Below, piece by piece: positions 1-8,136 of a stretch of DNA of 32,082 nucleotides. The stretch comes from Gemmatimonadota bacterium (GTDB lineage: Bacteria > Gemmatimonadota > Gemmatimonadetes > Gemmatimonadales > GWC2-71-9), in assembly GCA_039933355.1 (NCBI GenBank), contig JBDTOH010000003.1, positions 1 through 32,082 of the forward strand, in the 5' to 3' direction. A program made the translations under genes and the position numbers. Under the pieces are notes generated by a model that worked only from the letters and a program-made list of their open reading frames with translations, was not told where the DNA came from and did not search any database. Position 1 is the first letter of the stretch; each line of letters opens with the position of its first letter.

Positions 1-201
1 ACCGCCGCTTTCCCACGTGTTGAGCCCGATGTGGTGGTGATAGCCCCCGGCACCGAGAAATGCGGCCCGGTCGCCGAATCGCTGCGTGAGATCGAAGCCG
101 AGGACGTCCCGATAGAACCGGATTGCGCGCTCGAGATCGGCCACCTTGAGGTGTACGTGGCCCATGTCGACGCGAGGGTCGATTGGATTTTCGGTTGCCA
201 T
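1..201 (-). CDS. VOC/glyoxalase family protein (catechol-2,3-dioxygenase CatE-like), runs off the window edge
   Basis: Not in the ORF track. Manual translation from ATG 201: MATENPIDPRVDMGHVHLKVADLERAIRFYRDVLGFDLTQRFGDRAAFLGAGGYHHHIGLNTWESGG. GHVHLKV and GGYHHHIGLNTW are typical motifs of this family. Confidence 0.88.
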   Translation of the reverse strand, partial: MATENPIDPRVDMGHVHLKVADLERAIRFYRDVLGFDLTQRFGDRAAFLGAGGYHHHIGLNTWESGG

Positions 202-342
202 GGCCGGCGCTCGCGGGGTGAGTTCTTTCGGTGCGGACGGACCCCATGCCCGCCCGCCCGATTCGGAAGCTACACCTTCGGGAGCGAGGCCGATATCCGG
301 GAACCGGCACGGCTACGCGCAGCCCCCCGGGCTCCGTCTTCG

Positions 343-1659
343 CTACCAAAGCGGCTTCGAGAGGCGAATGAACCAGACTTCACCGAAGTCCCGAAGGCCG
401 GTCGGTGGCAGGATCTTGACCGCGAGCCCGGTCGGCGAGTCCGTCACCCCGAAGTCGTCGTCGTTGGACACGGCGATCGACCACCGGTCCATGACGGTGA
501 CGCCCTCCATCTTGTCGTGAGGATAGCCTAACAGAAGGAGGTCGCTCACCAGCGCTTTCGACACCGGCTTGATGTTGGCGGCCGCCACCTCGGCCGAAGA
601 GAGGCTTTCCAGAGTCTTGCCGTTGACGAGAAGGCCGGTCGGTCCGTTTTGCGGGTCGCTGACATCGGTCGCTCCGCGGAGATCGATTTTGTAGACCTTT
701 TTCTGGATGGCGGCCGGGGACCCGAGCGCGAAGTCGCCGTCCCGCTCGATGACCAGGAACGTGTTCGCGCTGATAGCGGCGATCTCAGACACGGAGAAGT
801 TGCTGGCGTCGAGCGGATAGAGGAACTGTTTGGTCTTGCCGGTCGCCGTTTCGTACCAGACGATCCGCGTAAAGGTGGAGACCCGGCCGGCCGCCCGCGG
901 GTTGTCGAGCGGCGATTGCATGATCCCGATCAGGATCCCGCCGTCGTCCCGCCCCGCCGCGAGGCCTTCCATCCCACGGTTGACCCGCCGCTGCGCGAGG
1001 ACGAGCGGCAGCGGCTTCGCGCTGGAGAACGGATTGATTCGCTCGATCGTCCGGCCGTTGGCGTCGAAGTGGACCAGGTGCGGTCCGTATTCGTCGGACA
1101 CCCAGAAGGTGCCGTCGGGAAGGGCAACTAGTCCCTCGGAATCGAGCCCGTTCGGGTCGAGCGGAAGGGGCGAACCGTCCGGAGCGACCGGAACCTCGCC
1201 GGTGCCGCCCGCGCCGGGAGGGTTCGGGAGACCCGTGATGGCTGAGCCGTCCGCGTTCGTAAGATGAAGAATTCGCTGAATCTGGAGCTTCAGATTCCCC
1301 TCGTTGCTGACCCGGCGCGCCACCGCGATCTCCGGGGAGAACGACGGCACCGCGAAGGCGATCGCTCCGCCCGGAGCGGCATAGTTGGGTCCCCGGTCCG
1401 TGAGCAGGTAGAAGGTTTGCGGGTCGCCGGGCTTCCGCGCCATGGCCGACCCATAGCCGCTGTGCGAGACGTCGATGCCATTGACGGTAGCGAGGATCGA
1501 GCGCGGCTCGACCGGATAGATGGCCGCGACGCCGGCGGGCCCCGGCGAGAGCTCGAGGTTAGGCGCTCCGGCCCTGGGCGCGCTCATCGGCTCGTCCGCC
1601 TGGCACGCGCCTCCGAGGGCGGCTGCGGCGATGGCAAGGATCATCCTGCGACTAAGCAT
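343..1659 (-). CDS. Esterase-like activity of phytase family protein, predicted lipoprotein
   Basis: Motifs LTDRGPN, LDSEGL, WVSDEYGP, NRGMEGL, DKMEG and NDDDFG. Start moved to ATG 1659 (GGAG upstream). Signal peptide with lipobox-like LGGAC. Confidence 0.85.
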   Translation of the reverse strand: MLSRRMILAIAAAALGGACQADEPMSAPRAGAPNLELSPGPAGVAAIYPVEPRSILATVNGIDVSHSGYGSAMARKPGDPQTFYLLTDRGPNYAAPGGAIAFAVPSFSPEIAVARRVSNEGNLKLQIQRILHLTNADGSAITGLPNPPGAGGTGEVPVAPDGSPLPLDPNGLDSEGLVALPDGTFWVSDEYGPHLVHFDANGRTIERINPFSSAKPLPLVLAQRRVNRGMEGLAAGRDDGGILIGIMQSPLDNPRAAGRVSTFTRIVWYETATGKTKQFLYPLDASNFSVSEIAAISANTFLVIERDGDFALGSPAAIQKKVYKIDLRGATDVSDPQNGPTGLLVNGKTLESLSSAEVAAANIKPVSKALVSDLLLLGYPHDKMEGVTVMDRWSIAVSNDDDFGVTDSPTGLAVKILPPTGLRDFGEVWFIRLSKPLW

Positions 1660-1941
1660 CGAAGACTCCGGTGGTTGGGGGGTGACGCCAAACCGTAACC
1701 ACCGTTTGCCACGCTCTTGTCTCGGTCTCGCCACGAATGGACCACTTAGATTGGGGGTCCTTACCACACCGCCAAGGGGCGAGCCGCCTATGACCGACAT
1801 CCCCAAGCTGGCCCGGGTTGTCTGCTGGACGTACGCTACCGGAGGGCGGGCGGCGAACGCGGCTTCGCGGGCGCGGCCGCATGAGGGGTTAAATTGGGGC
1901 GACAGGCGGCGACGGCGGCCAAGCGGGCGAAAGGGACTCCA

Positions 1942-2370
1942 GTGACCGAAGCGACGACAGTGCCCGAAGCGGAGCGGGGCGCCGGAATTCATGTACTCCG
2001 GAGCAGCGCGCTGTGCCGGGCCTGGAACGGGATTCAATACAAGGCCGGGCTGTCAGGGAAGAATGTGGGGTCAAAGGAGCTGTCGATGAACGTCGCGACG
2101 GTTCCGCCCGGCGCCGTCGCGTATGCCCACATCCACGTCGACTTCGAGGTGATGTTGTATATCCTGCAGGGCAGAGTCCGTCACGCGTACGGAGAGAATC
2201 TGGCCGAGTCGGTCGATAACGGGCCGGGCGACTTCATCTATATCGAGCCGGGCGTGCCTCACGAGGTCTACAACCTGAGCGACACCGAGCCGGTGGTGGC
2301 GGTCGTCGCGCGGTCCGACGCGGGTGAGTGGGAGCACATCGTCGACTATCCGAGCAAGCGCCGGCCGTGA
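1942..2370 (+). CDS. Cupin domain protein
   Basis: AHIHxxFE...GDFIYIEPGVPH cupin motifs. GTG 1942 follows AAAGGGA. A TAAATT -10-like hexamer lies at 1890. Confidence 0.85.
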   Translation: MTEATTVPEAERGAGIHVLRSSALCRAWNGIQYKAGLSGKNVGSKELSMNVATVPPGAVAYAHIHVDFEVMLYILQGRVRHAYGENLAESVDNGPGDFIYIEPGVPHEVYNLSDTEPVVAVVARSDAGEWEHIVDYPSKRRP

Positions 2371-3146
2371 CACCCTGGGTTCTCCGCATCATCATCGCCA
2401 ACGCGGTGGTGTATCTGCTCCAGCAGAGCATGCCGGGGCTGGTCGCCTATCTCGCGCTCGTCCCGGCGCACTGGTATATCGCGCCGTGGACGCTGGTCAC
2501 GTACATGTTCCTGCACGGTGGCTTCGGGCACATCTTCTTCAACATGTTGGTGCTGTTCTTCTTCGGGTCGGCGGTCGAGACAAAGCTGGGCGGCCCGACC
2601 TTTCTCCGGTTGTTCTTGATCAGCGGGTTGGTCGGCGGGGCGCTTTCGATCGCGGTCACGCCGAACTCGCCCATCCCGATCATCGGCGCTTCGGGCGGCG
2701 TGTTTGGTGTGGAGCTGGCCTTCGCGTACTTCTGGCCCCGCCAGCAGATCTACATCTGGGGGATCTTGCCGATCGAAGCCCGTTGGCTCGTGCTGATCAT
2801 GACGGGAATGTCTCTCTGGCAAGGCATGGGGTACGGCGGTGGCGGCGGGATCGCCCACTTCGCTCACCTCGGCGGCTTTCTCGGCGCCTACGTCTATCTC
2901 AAGTGGATCGAGCGGCGCGCGTCCGCCGGCGCCCGGCGATTCAGGAACGACATGAAGCCGCCCGCGCCCAAGACCGAGACGGCAGGCCGGACGATGGAGC
3001 GATGGGGCAAGATCCAGCGCGACCAGCTCCACGAGGTCAACCGCGACGAGCTCGACCGGATTCTCGACAAGATCCGCGCGAGCGGCATCGGCAGCCTCAC
3101 CGCCTCGGAGCGAGAGTTTCTCGACCGCTTCAGCGCGCGTCTGTGA
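2367..3146 (+). CDS. Rhomboid intramembrane serine protease with small C-terminal soluble domain (DUF6576-like)
   Basis: HIFFNM, catalytic GASGG and AHLGG motifs; multiple TM segments; C-terminal ELDRILDKI..SGIGSLT. GTGA overlap with the cupin stop. Confidence 0.92.
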   Translation: MTPWVLRIIIANAVVYLLQQSMPGLVAYLALVPAHWYIAPWTLVTYMFLHGGFGHIFFNMLVLFFFGSAVETKLGGPTFLRLFLISGLVGGALSIAVTPNSPIPIIGASGGVFGVELAFAYFWPRQQIYIWGILPIEARWLVLIMTGMSLWQGMGYGGGGGIAHFAHLGGFLGAYVYLKWIERRASAGARRFRNDMKPPAPKTETAGRTMERWGKIQRDQLHEVNRDELDRILDKIRASGIGSLTASEREFLDRFSARL

Positions 3147-3868
3147 GCGATCGATTTCCCGAGACGCGCCATTCGATCGTCGCCAACCTGGGGAGTGACG
3201 ACCCCGCAGTCCGGTCTCCGGCATTCGAAGTCTTGGTTGCCTCGTATTGGAAGCCGATCTACAAATACCTTCGCCTCCGCTGGCAGCTCCCGCACGAGCA
3301 AGCCGAGGATCTAACCCAGGATTTTTTCGCGGATTCGCTCGAGCGCCAGCTGCTCGCCGCGTTCGATCCCGCCAAAGCCCGCTTTCGCACGTTTCTTCGC
3401 CTCTGTCTCGATCACCTGGTGACGGACGAGTTCCATGCGGCTCGCCGGCTCAAGCGAGGCGGAGGTGCGCCGGTGCTTTCGCTCGATTTCACCGGCGCTT
3501 GCGATGAGGTCACGGGGGTCGCGGCACCCGGGGACGATCCCGACGCGCTGTTCCATCGCGAATGGATTCGAGCGGTCTTCGAGGCGGCGGTGGGAGCTCT
3601 CGAGGCCGAATATGCCGCGATGGGGAAGTCGGCGGCTTGGCGGGTCTTCGCGGCGTACGACCTCGATCGGGTCCGGGACGTCGCGGAGCCCAGCTATGCC
3701 GACGTTGCCGCGCGGGTTGGCGTGCCGGTGACCCAGGTGACCAACCATCTCGCCGCCGCGCGCCGCCGTCTCCGCGTGCTCGTGCTCGAGCGGGTTCGGG
3801 CCGTCACCAGCGGCGAGGAGGAGTATCGGGAGGAACTTCGCGAGCTGTTCGGAGGCAAGCCGGCGTGA
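3143..3868 (+). CDS. ECF-type sigma-70 factor (kinase-associated type)
   Basis: FPETRHS N-terminus, YWKPIY, AEDLTQDFF, RFRTFL and region-4 HTH (SYADVAARVGVPVTQV). GTGA overlaps on both sides. Confidence 0.87.
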   Translation: MSDRFPETRHSIVANLGSDDPAVRSPAFEVLVASYWKPIYKYLRLRWQLPHEQAEDLTQDFFADSLERQLLAAFDPAKARFRTFLRLCLDHLVTDEFHAARRLKRGGGAPVLSLDFTGACDEVTGVAAPGDDPDALFHREWIRAVFEAAVGALEAEYAAMGKSAAWRVFAAYDLDRVRDVAEPSYADVAARVGVPVTQVTNHLAAARRRLRVLVLERVRAVTSGEEEYREELRELFGGKPA

Positions 3869-4815
3869 GCGGGTTAGGAAACGCCGCCCTCGACCACCTC
3901 CGGGACGTGCTCGAACGCCCCGACCTTTCGGGAACCCGCTACGATCTCGTCGAGCCGATCGCGCAGGGCGGAATGGGGACGGTGTATCGGGCCTGGGACC
4001 GGGAGCTCGCCCGCGACGTCGCGATCAAGGTGGTCCGGAGCGAGCTCGCCGATTCTGAAATCGCCGGCCGGCTCACCGGCGAGGCCAAGATTCTCGCCCA
4101 ACTGGAACACCCGGGCCTGGTGCCGGTCCACGAAGTCGGCCGGCTTGCGGACGGCCGGTCGTTCTACGTGATGCGCCTGGTTCGGGGCCAGGAGCTCGAC
4201 TTGGCGGCGCTGGAGGTGCGCACGTTGCCGGAGCGGCTTCGTCTCTATCTCAAGATCCTCGATCCGATCGCCTACGCACACTCGCGCGGCATCATCCACC
4301 GCGACCTCAAGCCCGGCAACATCATGGTCGGACCGTTCGGGGAGGTGCTCGTCCTGGATTGGGGCATCGCAAAGGCCGTGAGCACTCGGGAAGCCGCGGG
4401 GCCCGCCGAGCGCACTGCGGCGCTTCCCGGGGCCACGAATCCCGGAGCGGTGCTGGGCACGTACGGGTTCATGGCGCCCGAACAGGCGATCGGCGGATCG
4501 GTTGCAGTCGACCATCGCGCGGACGTCTATTCCTTAGGCGTAATCCTTCGGACATTGATCAACCCGGCCGGTTCCGGCGCGAAGCCGCTCGTCGCGATCA
4601 TCGCGCGGGCTACGGCGGCCGACCCCGCGGCTCGGTATGCCGGGGTCGGCGACCTCGCGGCCGATGTCTCGGCGTATCTCGACGGGCGGCCGGTCGCGGC
4701 GTATCACGAGAATCTGATCGAGCGGATCGGCAGATTCGTCTCGCGGCATCAGGTTGCGATCGGGCTCGTCGTGGCGTACTTGCTGATGCGGATCGTCCTG
4801 CTCGTCTTCCGCTAA
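3865..4815 (+). CDS. Hanks-type Ser/Thr protein kinase with a single C-terminal TM helix
   Basis: GGMGTVY, VAIK, HRDLKPGN, DWG (DFG variant), GTYGFMAPE and DVYSLG; hydrophobic C-terminus. Confidence 0.93.
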   Translation: MSGLGNAALDHLRDVLERPDLSGTRYDLVEPIAQGGMGTVYRAWDRELARDVAIKVVRSELADSEIAGRLTGEAKILAQLEHPGLVPVHEVGRLADGRSFYVMRLVRGQELDLAALEVRTLPERLRLYLKILDPIAYAHSRGIIHRDLKPGNIMVGPFGEVLVLDWGIAKAVSTREAAGPAERTAALPGATNPGAVLGTYGFMAPEQAIGGSVAVDHRADVYSLGVILRTLINPAGSGAKPLVAIIARATAADPAARYAGVGDLAADVSAYLDGRPVAAYHENLIERIGRFVSRHQVAIGLVVAYLLMRIVLLVFR

Positions 4816-4869
4816 AGGATTGCTCCGGCGTCTGGTACAGGACTCTGAACCCACCTCAAGGATCTCGGA

Positions 4870-5229
4870 ATGAAGAAGCCGGTCTTTGGTCTCATCCTCG
4901 GCGGTGTATTGGGAGTGTTCGACGGGTTGTCCGCGCTGATCTCGGCCCCGGAAACCGCGCCCGGCATTGCGGGAATCGTGGCCGGATCGACGGTGAAGGG
5001 AATCATCACGGGCGCGCTGATCGGCTGGATTGCGCGGCGCCTCGACTCGCTGCTGCTCGGAGTTGTCATCGGCGGAGCCATCGGCCTCGCGCTCGCAGGC
5101 GTGATCTCGGTGATGCAGAAGCTCTCGGGACAGCCGCCCTATTACTGGCAGATCATGCTGCCGGGCGCGATACTCGGCATGATCGTCGGGTACGCGACAT
5201 TCACCCATCGTGAGCGAAAGGTGGCTTGA
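4870..5229 (+). CDS. Small integral membrane protein (about 4 TM), function unknown
   Basis: 119 aa with Gly-rich hydrophobic segments; AAGGA RBS upstream. Confidence 0.8.
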   Translation: MKKPVFGLILGGVLGVFDGLSALISAPETAPGIAGIVAGSTVKGIITGALIGWIARRLDSLLLGVVIGGAIGLALAGVISVMQKLSGQPPYYWQIMLPGAILGMIVGYATFTHRERKVA

Positions 5230-5230
5230 G

Positions 5231-5617
5231 ATGCCCCGACCGATGCATTTCGAGATTCACGCCGAGGTTCCGCAGCGGGCCATCGCGTTTTATTCCGGGC
5301 TCTTCGGCTGGACGTTCAATCAGTGGGCCGGCCAGCCCTATTGGCTGATCAAGACCGGCGAAACCTCTGAGCCGGGAATCGACGGAGGCTTGGTTCCACG
5401 GCAGGGCGCCTCGCCCGCGGACGGTCAGGCAGTGAACGCGTTTGCGTGCACGATCGCCAGCGTCGTGGTCGACGAGATCTGGAGCAAGGCCATCGCGTTA
5501 GGCGGGAGTGCCGCGCTGCCGAAGATGGCGATCCCCGGGGTTGGATGGCTCGCCTATCTCAAGGACACCGAAGGGAACATATTCGGCATCATGCAGAACG
5601 ACCCGGCCGCGAAATAG
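5231..5617 (+). CDS. VOC family protein (glyoxalase/bleomycin-resistance-like)
   Basis: HFEI..., FYSGLFGW, GIDGG, IPGVGWLAYLKDTEGNIFGI. Confidence 0.9.
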   Translation: MPRPMHFEIHAEVPQRAIAFYSGLFGWTFNQWAGQPYWLIKTGETSEPGIDGGLVPRQGASPADGQAVNAFACTIASVVVDEIWSKAIALGGSAALPKMAIPGVGWLAYLKDTEGNIFGIMQNDPAAK

Positions 5618-5619
5618 GG

Positions 5620-5732
5620 CGGCACGGCGGCAGGGCGGCAGGTAGCTCCGCTCGTGGCAAGATCCTCGAGTCTCGGCTTGGGGCCCGATGGACCAGTTAA
5701 GCGGAGCGCCCTGCCGCCTTGCCACCCTGCCG
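5620..5732. repeat. 33-bp inverted repeat built from CGGCA(G/A)GG octamers (REP/REPIN-like)
   Basis: Arms at 5620-5652 and 5700-5732 match at 28/33 positions, with a 47-bp spacer. Confidence 0.75.
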
Positions 5733-5770
5733 TTACCTTGCGGCTCGTTTCGAACTCTCGGAGCTCCTGC

Positions 5771-6271
5771 ATGGGTCGTTTCTGGTCGGGTTTGGTCGGG
5801 GTCGCGGTCGTCGCGGCTGGCTTCGGCTCGCGGCCTCTGGCGGCTCAACAGCCCGGCGACGAGCTGCAATCCTTGTCTCGAGCTCGCGACGAGTATCTCC
5901 GGTCGACCTACGGGGAGCTCAAGATTGTGCTGGAGGAGTGGAAGGACCTTCACGCGCGCCGCGACGTCCCCAAGCTCACCAAGCTGTTCGACGAGGCGGG
6001 GCTCTATTCGCCGGTCGACGGATGGATCGCCCAAGGTCGGGCGGAGATCATGGACAGCTTGAAGGTGCGGCTGCCGCGGATGCAGAGCTACAGCACGACG
6101 CTCGTCGATTTTACCGCGGGTGGAAGTCTCGCGTACTACATGGGAAGAATGCAGTACCAGCTCGACTCCGGCGCGGCGGCCGGTACGACTGTCATCGGCA
6201 CGTTCGTGCTCGTCCTCCACCTCGACGGACATCACTGGAAGGTGCGGAGCTACGTCGAGCGCGGGACCTGA
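5771..6271 (+). CDS. Exported NTF2/SnoaL-like (DUF4440/YybH-like) protein
   Basis: Signal peptide ending LAAQ; GRAEI and GTFVLVL..DGHHWKV patterns of the NTF2-like fold; GGAG before ATG 5771. Confidence 0.72.
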   Translation: MGRFWSGLVGVAVVAAGFGSRPLAAQQPGDELQSLSRARDEYLRSTYGELKIVLEEWKDLHARRDVPKLTKLFDEAGLYSPVDGWIAQGRAEIMDSLKVRLPRMQSYSTTLVDFTAGGSLAYYMGRMQYQLDSGAAAGTTVIGTFVLVLHLDGHHWKVRSYVERGT

Positions 6272-6337
6272 ACGCCCACACTCCCACATCCCTTCAGTAG
6301 TCGATCTCCTGGTCCGGCGCTCTCGCACCCGGCGGTG

Positions 6338-6372
6338 TGCGAAGCTCGTCGGCGCGAACCGGCGAGCTCGCA
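6338..6372. terminator. Stem-loop between convergent genes
   Basis: TGCGAAGCTCGTCGG-cgcgaa-CCGGCGAGCTCGCA; no U-tract. Confidence 0.45.
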
Positions 6373-6382
6373 TCGCATAGCG

Positions 6383-7282
6383 TCACTTCTTGGCGGGTGG
6401 CGCCGGTGCGGTCACGAGCGGCAGCTCCGCGCGGGCGGCGTAGTCCGCCATCGAGCCGTCATAGATCTTCGGCGAGTAGCCCATCAACCGGGCGATGAAG
6501 TAGAGGTGGCTCGCTCGAAGCCCGACCGTGCAGTAGGTCACGATCTGTTTCCCCCCGCCCGCGCCGGCGGCCGCGAACAGGCCTTGGAGCTTCGCAGCGT
6601 CGATGAATGGCGAGCTGTTTCCCTTGAGCGCCGCCGCCGAATCGGTGTAGGTCGCGTTCCAGGGGAAGAACACCGCGCCGGGAATGTGTCCGTGGCGGGG
6701 GATCTGTTCGCGGCTGGCCGGACCGTCGTACTCGGGTCTCGAGCGGCCGTCGAGCAGGAGGATGTCCGGGTCGTTTGCGTGGCTCCGAATCCAGGCAGCG
6801 TCGACGACGAGGTCGGTCCGGATGTGTGGCGTGAACGATCCCCGCTTGACGGTTGGCGCCTCGGTGCTGAGCGGCTTGCCGCTCGCGGTCCAGGCGCGGA
6901 GCCCGCCGTCGAGCAGCGCGGTCCGGTCCCCGTGCCCCACGTAGTCGAGGTCGAGGAACGCCCGCGGCATCATCCAGGTGTCGCCGTAGAGAATGACCCG
7001 GGAGTCGTCGGAGATGCCTAACGACTCGAAGATGGAGTCGAGCCGCTCGGCGGTCGGGATCTCGACCCCGGGCTCGCGGTCGTCGAACAGAACCATCGCG
7101 GAGATGAAGCGGGCCCCCGGCACGTGGCCCTGGTCGTATTCCTTGCGCTCATGGGCTACGTGCAGAATCACGACCTTCGGGTCGTTCAGGTGCTCCGCGA
7201 GCCAGCGAGCAGTCACGAGCAGGTCGGGCCGGGGCGCCGGGGCGGCGAGGGCATAACCGAGCAGCAGCAACGAGTTGAGCAT
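6383..7282 (-). CDS. Exported two-domain rhodanese/sulfurtransferase (copy 1)
   Basis: GHVPGA, LLDGG, GHIPGA, active-site loop YCTVGLRA and YDGS; N-terminal signal-like MLNSLLLLGYALA. Confidence 0.9.
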   Translation of the reverse strand: MLNSLLLLGYALAAPAPRPDLLVTARWLAEHLNDPKVVILHVAHERKEYDQGHVPGARFISAMVLFDDREPGVEIPTAERLDSIFESLGISDDSRVILYGDTWMMPRAFLDLDYVGHGDRTALLDGGLRAWTASGKPLSTEAPTVKRGSFTPHIRTDLVVDAAWIRSHANDPDILLLDGRSRPEYDGPASREQIPRHGHIPGAVFFPWNATYTDSAAALKGNSSPFIDAAKLQGLFAAAGAGGGKQIVTYCTVGLRASHLYFIARLMGYSPKIYDGSMADYAARAELPLVTAPAPPAKK

Positions 7283-7326
7283 AGAGAGCCTGACGAAGAG
7301 GAGCCTAGGACACGAACGCCATTCGG

Positions 7327-7370
7327 GTCTCACCGATCCGACATCGCGCCGTCATCGATCTGTCATCACC
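7327..7370 (+). promoter_or_regulatory. Pho-box-like (OmpR/PhoB family) array of four 11-bp direct repeats upstream of tonB
   Basis: GTCTCACCGAT / CCGACATCGCG / CCGTCATCGAT / CTGTCATCACC, compared with the CTGTCAT-N4 PhoB consensus; CACACT -10-like at 7380. Confidence 0.6.
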
Positions 7371-7434
7371 ACGACGAGCCACACTCATCTCCCGGGGGAG
7401 TATTTGATGAACCATCCTCAACCGGGAGCGGACC

Positions 7435-8136
7435 ATGCTGTTGAACAACCTCATCGAGTCGCGCCGAGCCAGGCGGCCGTTAGGTCTCCAGGGCCTGGTG
7501 TCCTTCGGCCTCCACGTGGGTCTGGGCATCTTCGTGGTGACAGCGACCAGGTCGGCGCCGCCGAACGATCCGGAACGCATGGTCGCCACGCCCATCGCCC
7601 TGGCGCCGCCCGACCACCCCGACGTAAGACCCGCTCTGCCCCGCCCAGAGCCGAGCCAAGCCCCTCTTCCAACCGTCTCGGCGATCACCATCGCCCCTGT
7701 GACGGACGTTCCTGATTCGATCCCGCCGGTCGTGATCGGAGAGTCCTTCGACCCCAAGCTCTTCTCCGGCGGTATCGGCCCGACGGCCGCGTGTCCACCG
7801 ACCTGCGCGTCGAACAGCAATCCGATCGAAGCCGCGGTATTCCGCGAGGACGAGATCGATGAACCCGCGCGGGTTCTCAGCCAGCCTGCGCCGCGCTTTC
7901 CTCCAGTGCTCCGGGCAGCGGGTCGCGCGGGGCGAGTCACTCTCCAGTTCATTGTCGACACTGCCGGTCACGTCGAACCCGGTTCAGTCCGCGTCGTCGA
8001 AGCCTCCGACCCGGGCTTCGAGGCGAGCGCAACCGACGTCGTCCTGCACTCGAGATTCGTTGCCGGAAAGTCCAAGGGCCAAGCCGTCCGCCAGTTGATG
8101 AGTCAGACGTTCAGCTATCGCATCAATGCCCAGTGA
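7435..8136 (+). CDS. tonB: Energy transducer TonB family protein
   Basis: N-terminal TM containing SFGLH, Pro-rich linker and C-terminal domain (PRFPPVLR..GRVTLQFIVDTAG). 14-bp 3' overlap with the convergent gene. Confidence 0.85.
   Translation: MLLNNLIESRRARRPLGLQGLVSFGLHVGLGIFVVTATRSAPPNDPERMVATPIALAPPDHPDVRPALPRPEPSQAPLPTVSAITIAPVTDVPDSIPPVVIGESFDPKLFSGGIGPTAACPPTCASNSNPIEAAVFREDEIDEPARVLSQPAPRFPPVLRAAGRAGRVTLQFIVDTAGHVEPGSVRVVEASDPGFEASATDVVLHSRFVAGKSKGQAVRQLMSQTFSYRINAQ

Noticed and set aside
1696-1745. Weak 11-bp periodic (G/A)CCAC units upstream of the phytase-like gene as a Pho box
   Set aside because: Poor match to CTGTCAT and oriented away from the gene.
2324-3142. Long N-terminal extensions in the ORF track (514-aa sigma; also the kinase, MCP, phytase-like, oxidoreductase and ThDP ORFs)
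   Set aside because: These Arg/Pro-rich extensions overlap neighbouring genes or promoters; GTGA overlaps and RBSs point to shorter starts.
5620-5732. CRISPR array or IS terminal repeats
   Set aside because: No repeat-spacer periodicity, cas genes, transposase or clear target-site duplication.
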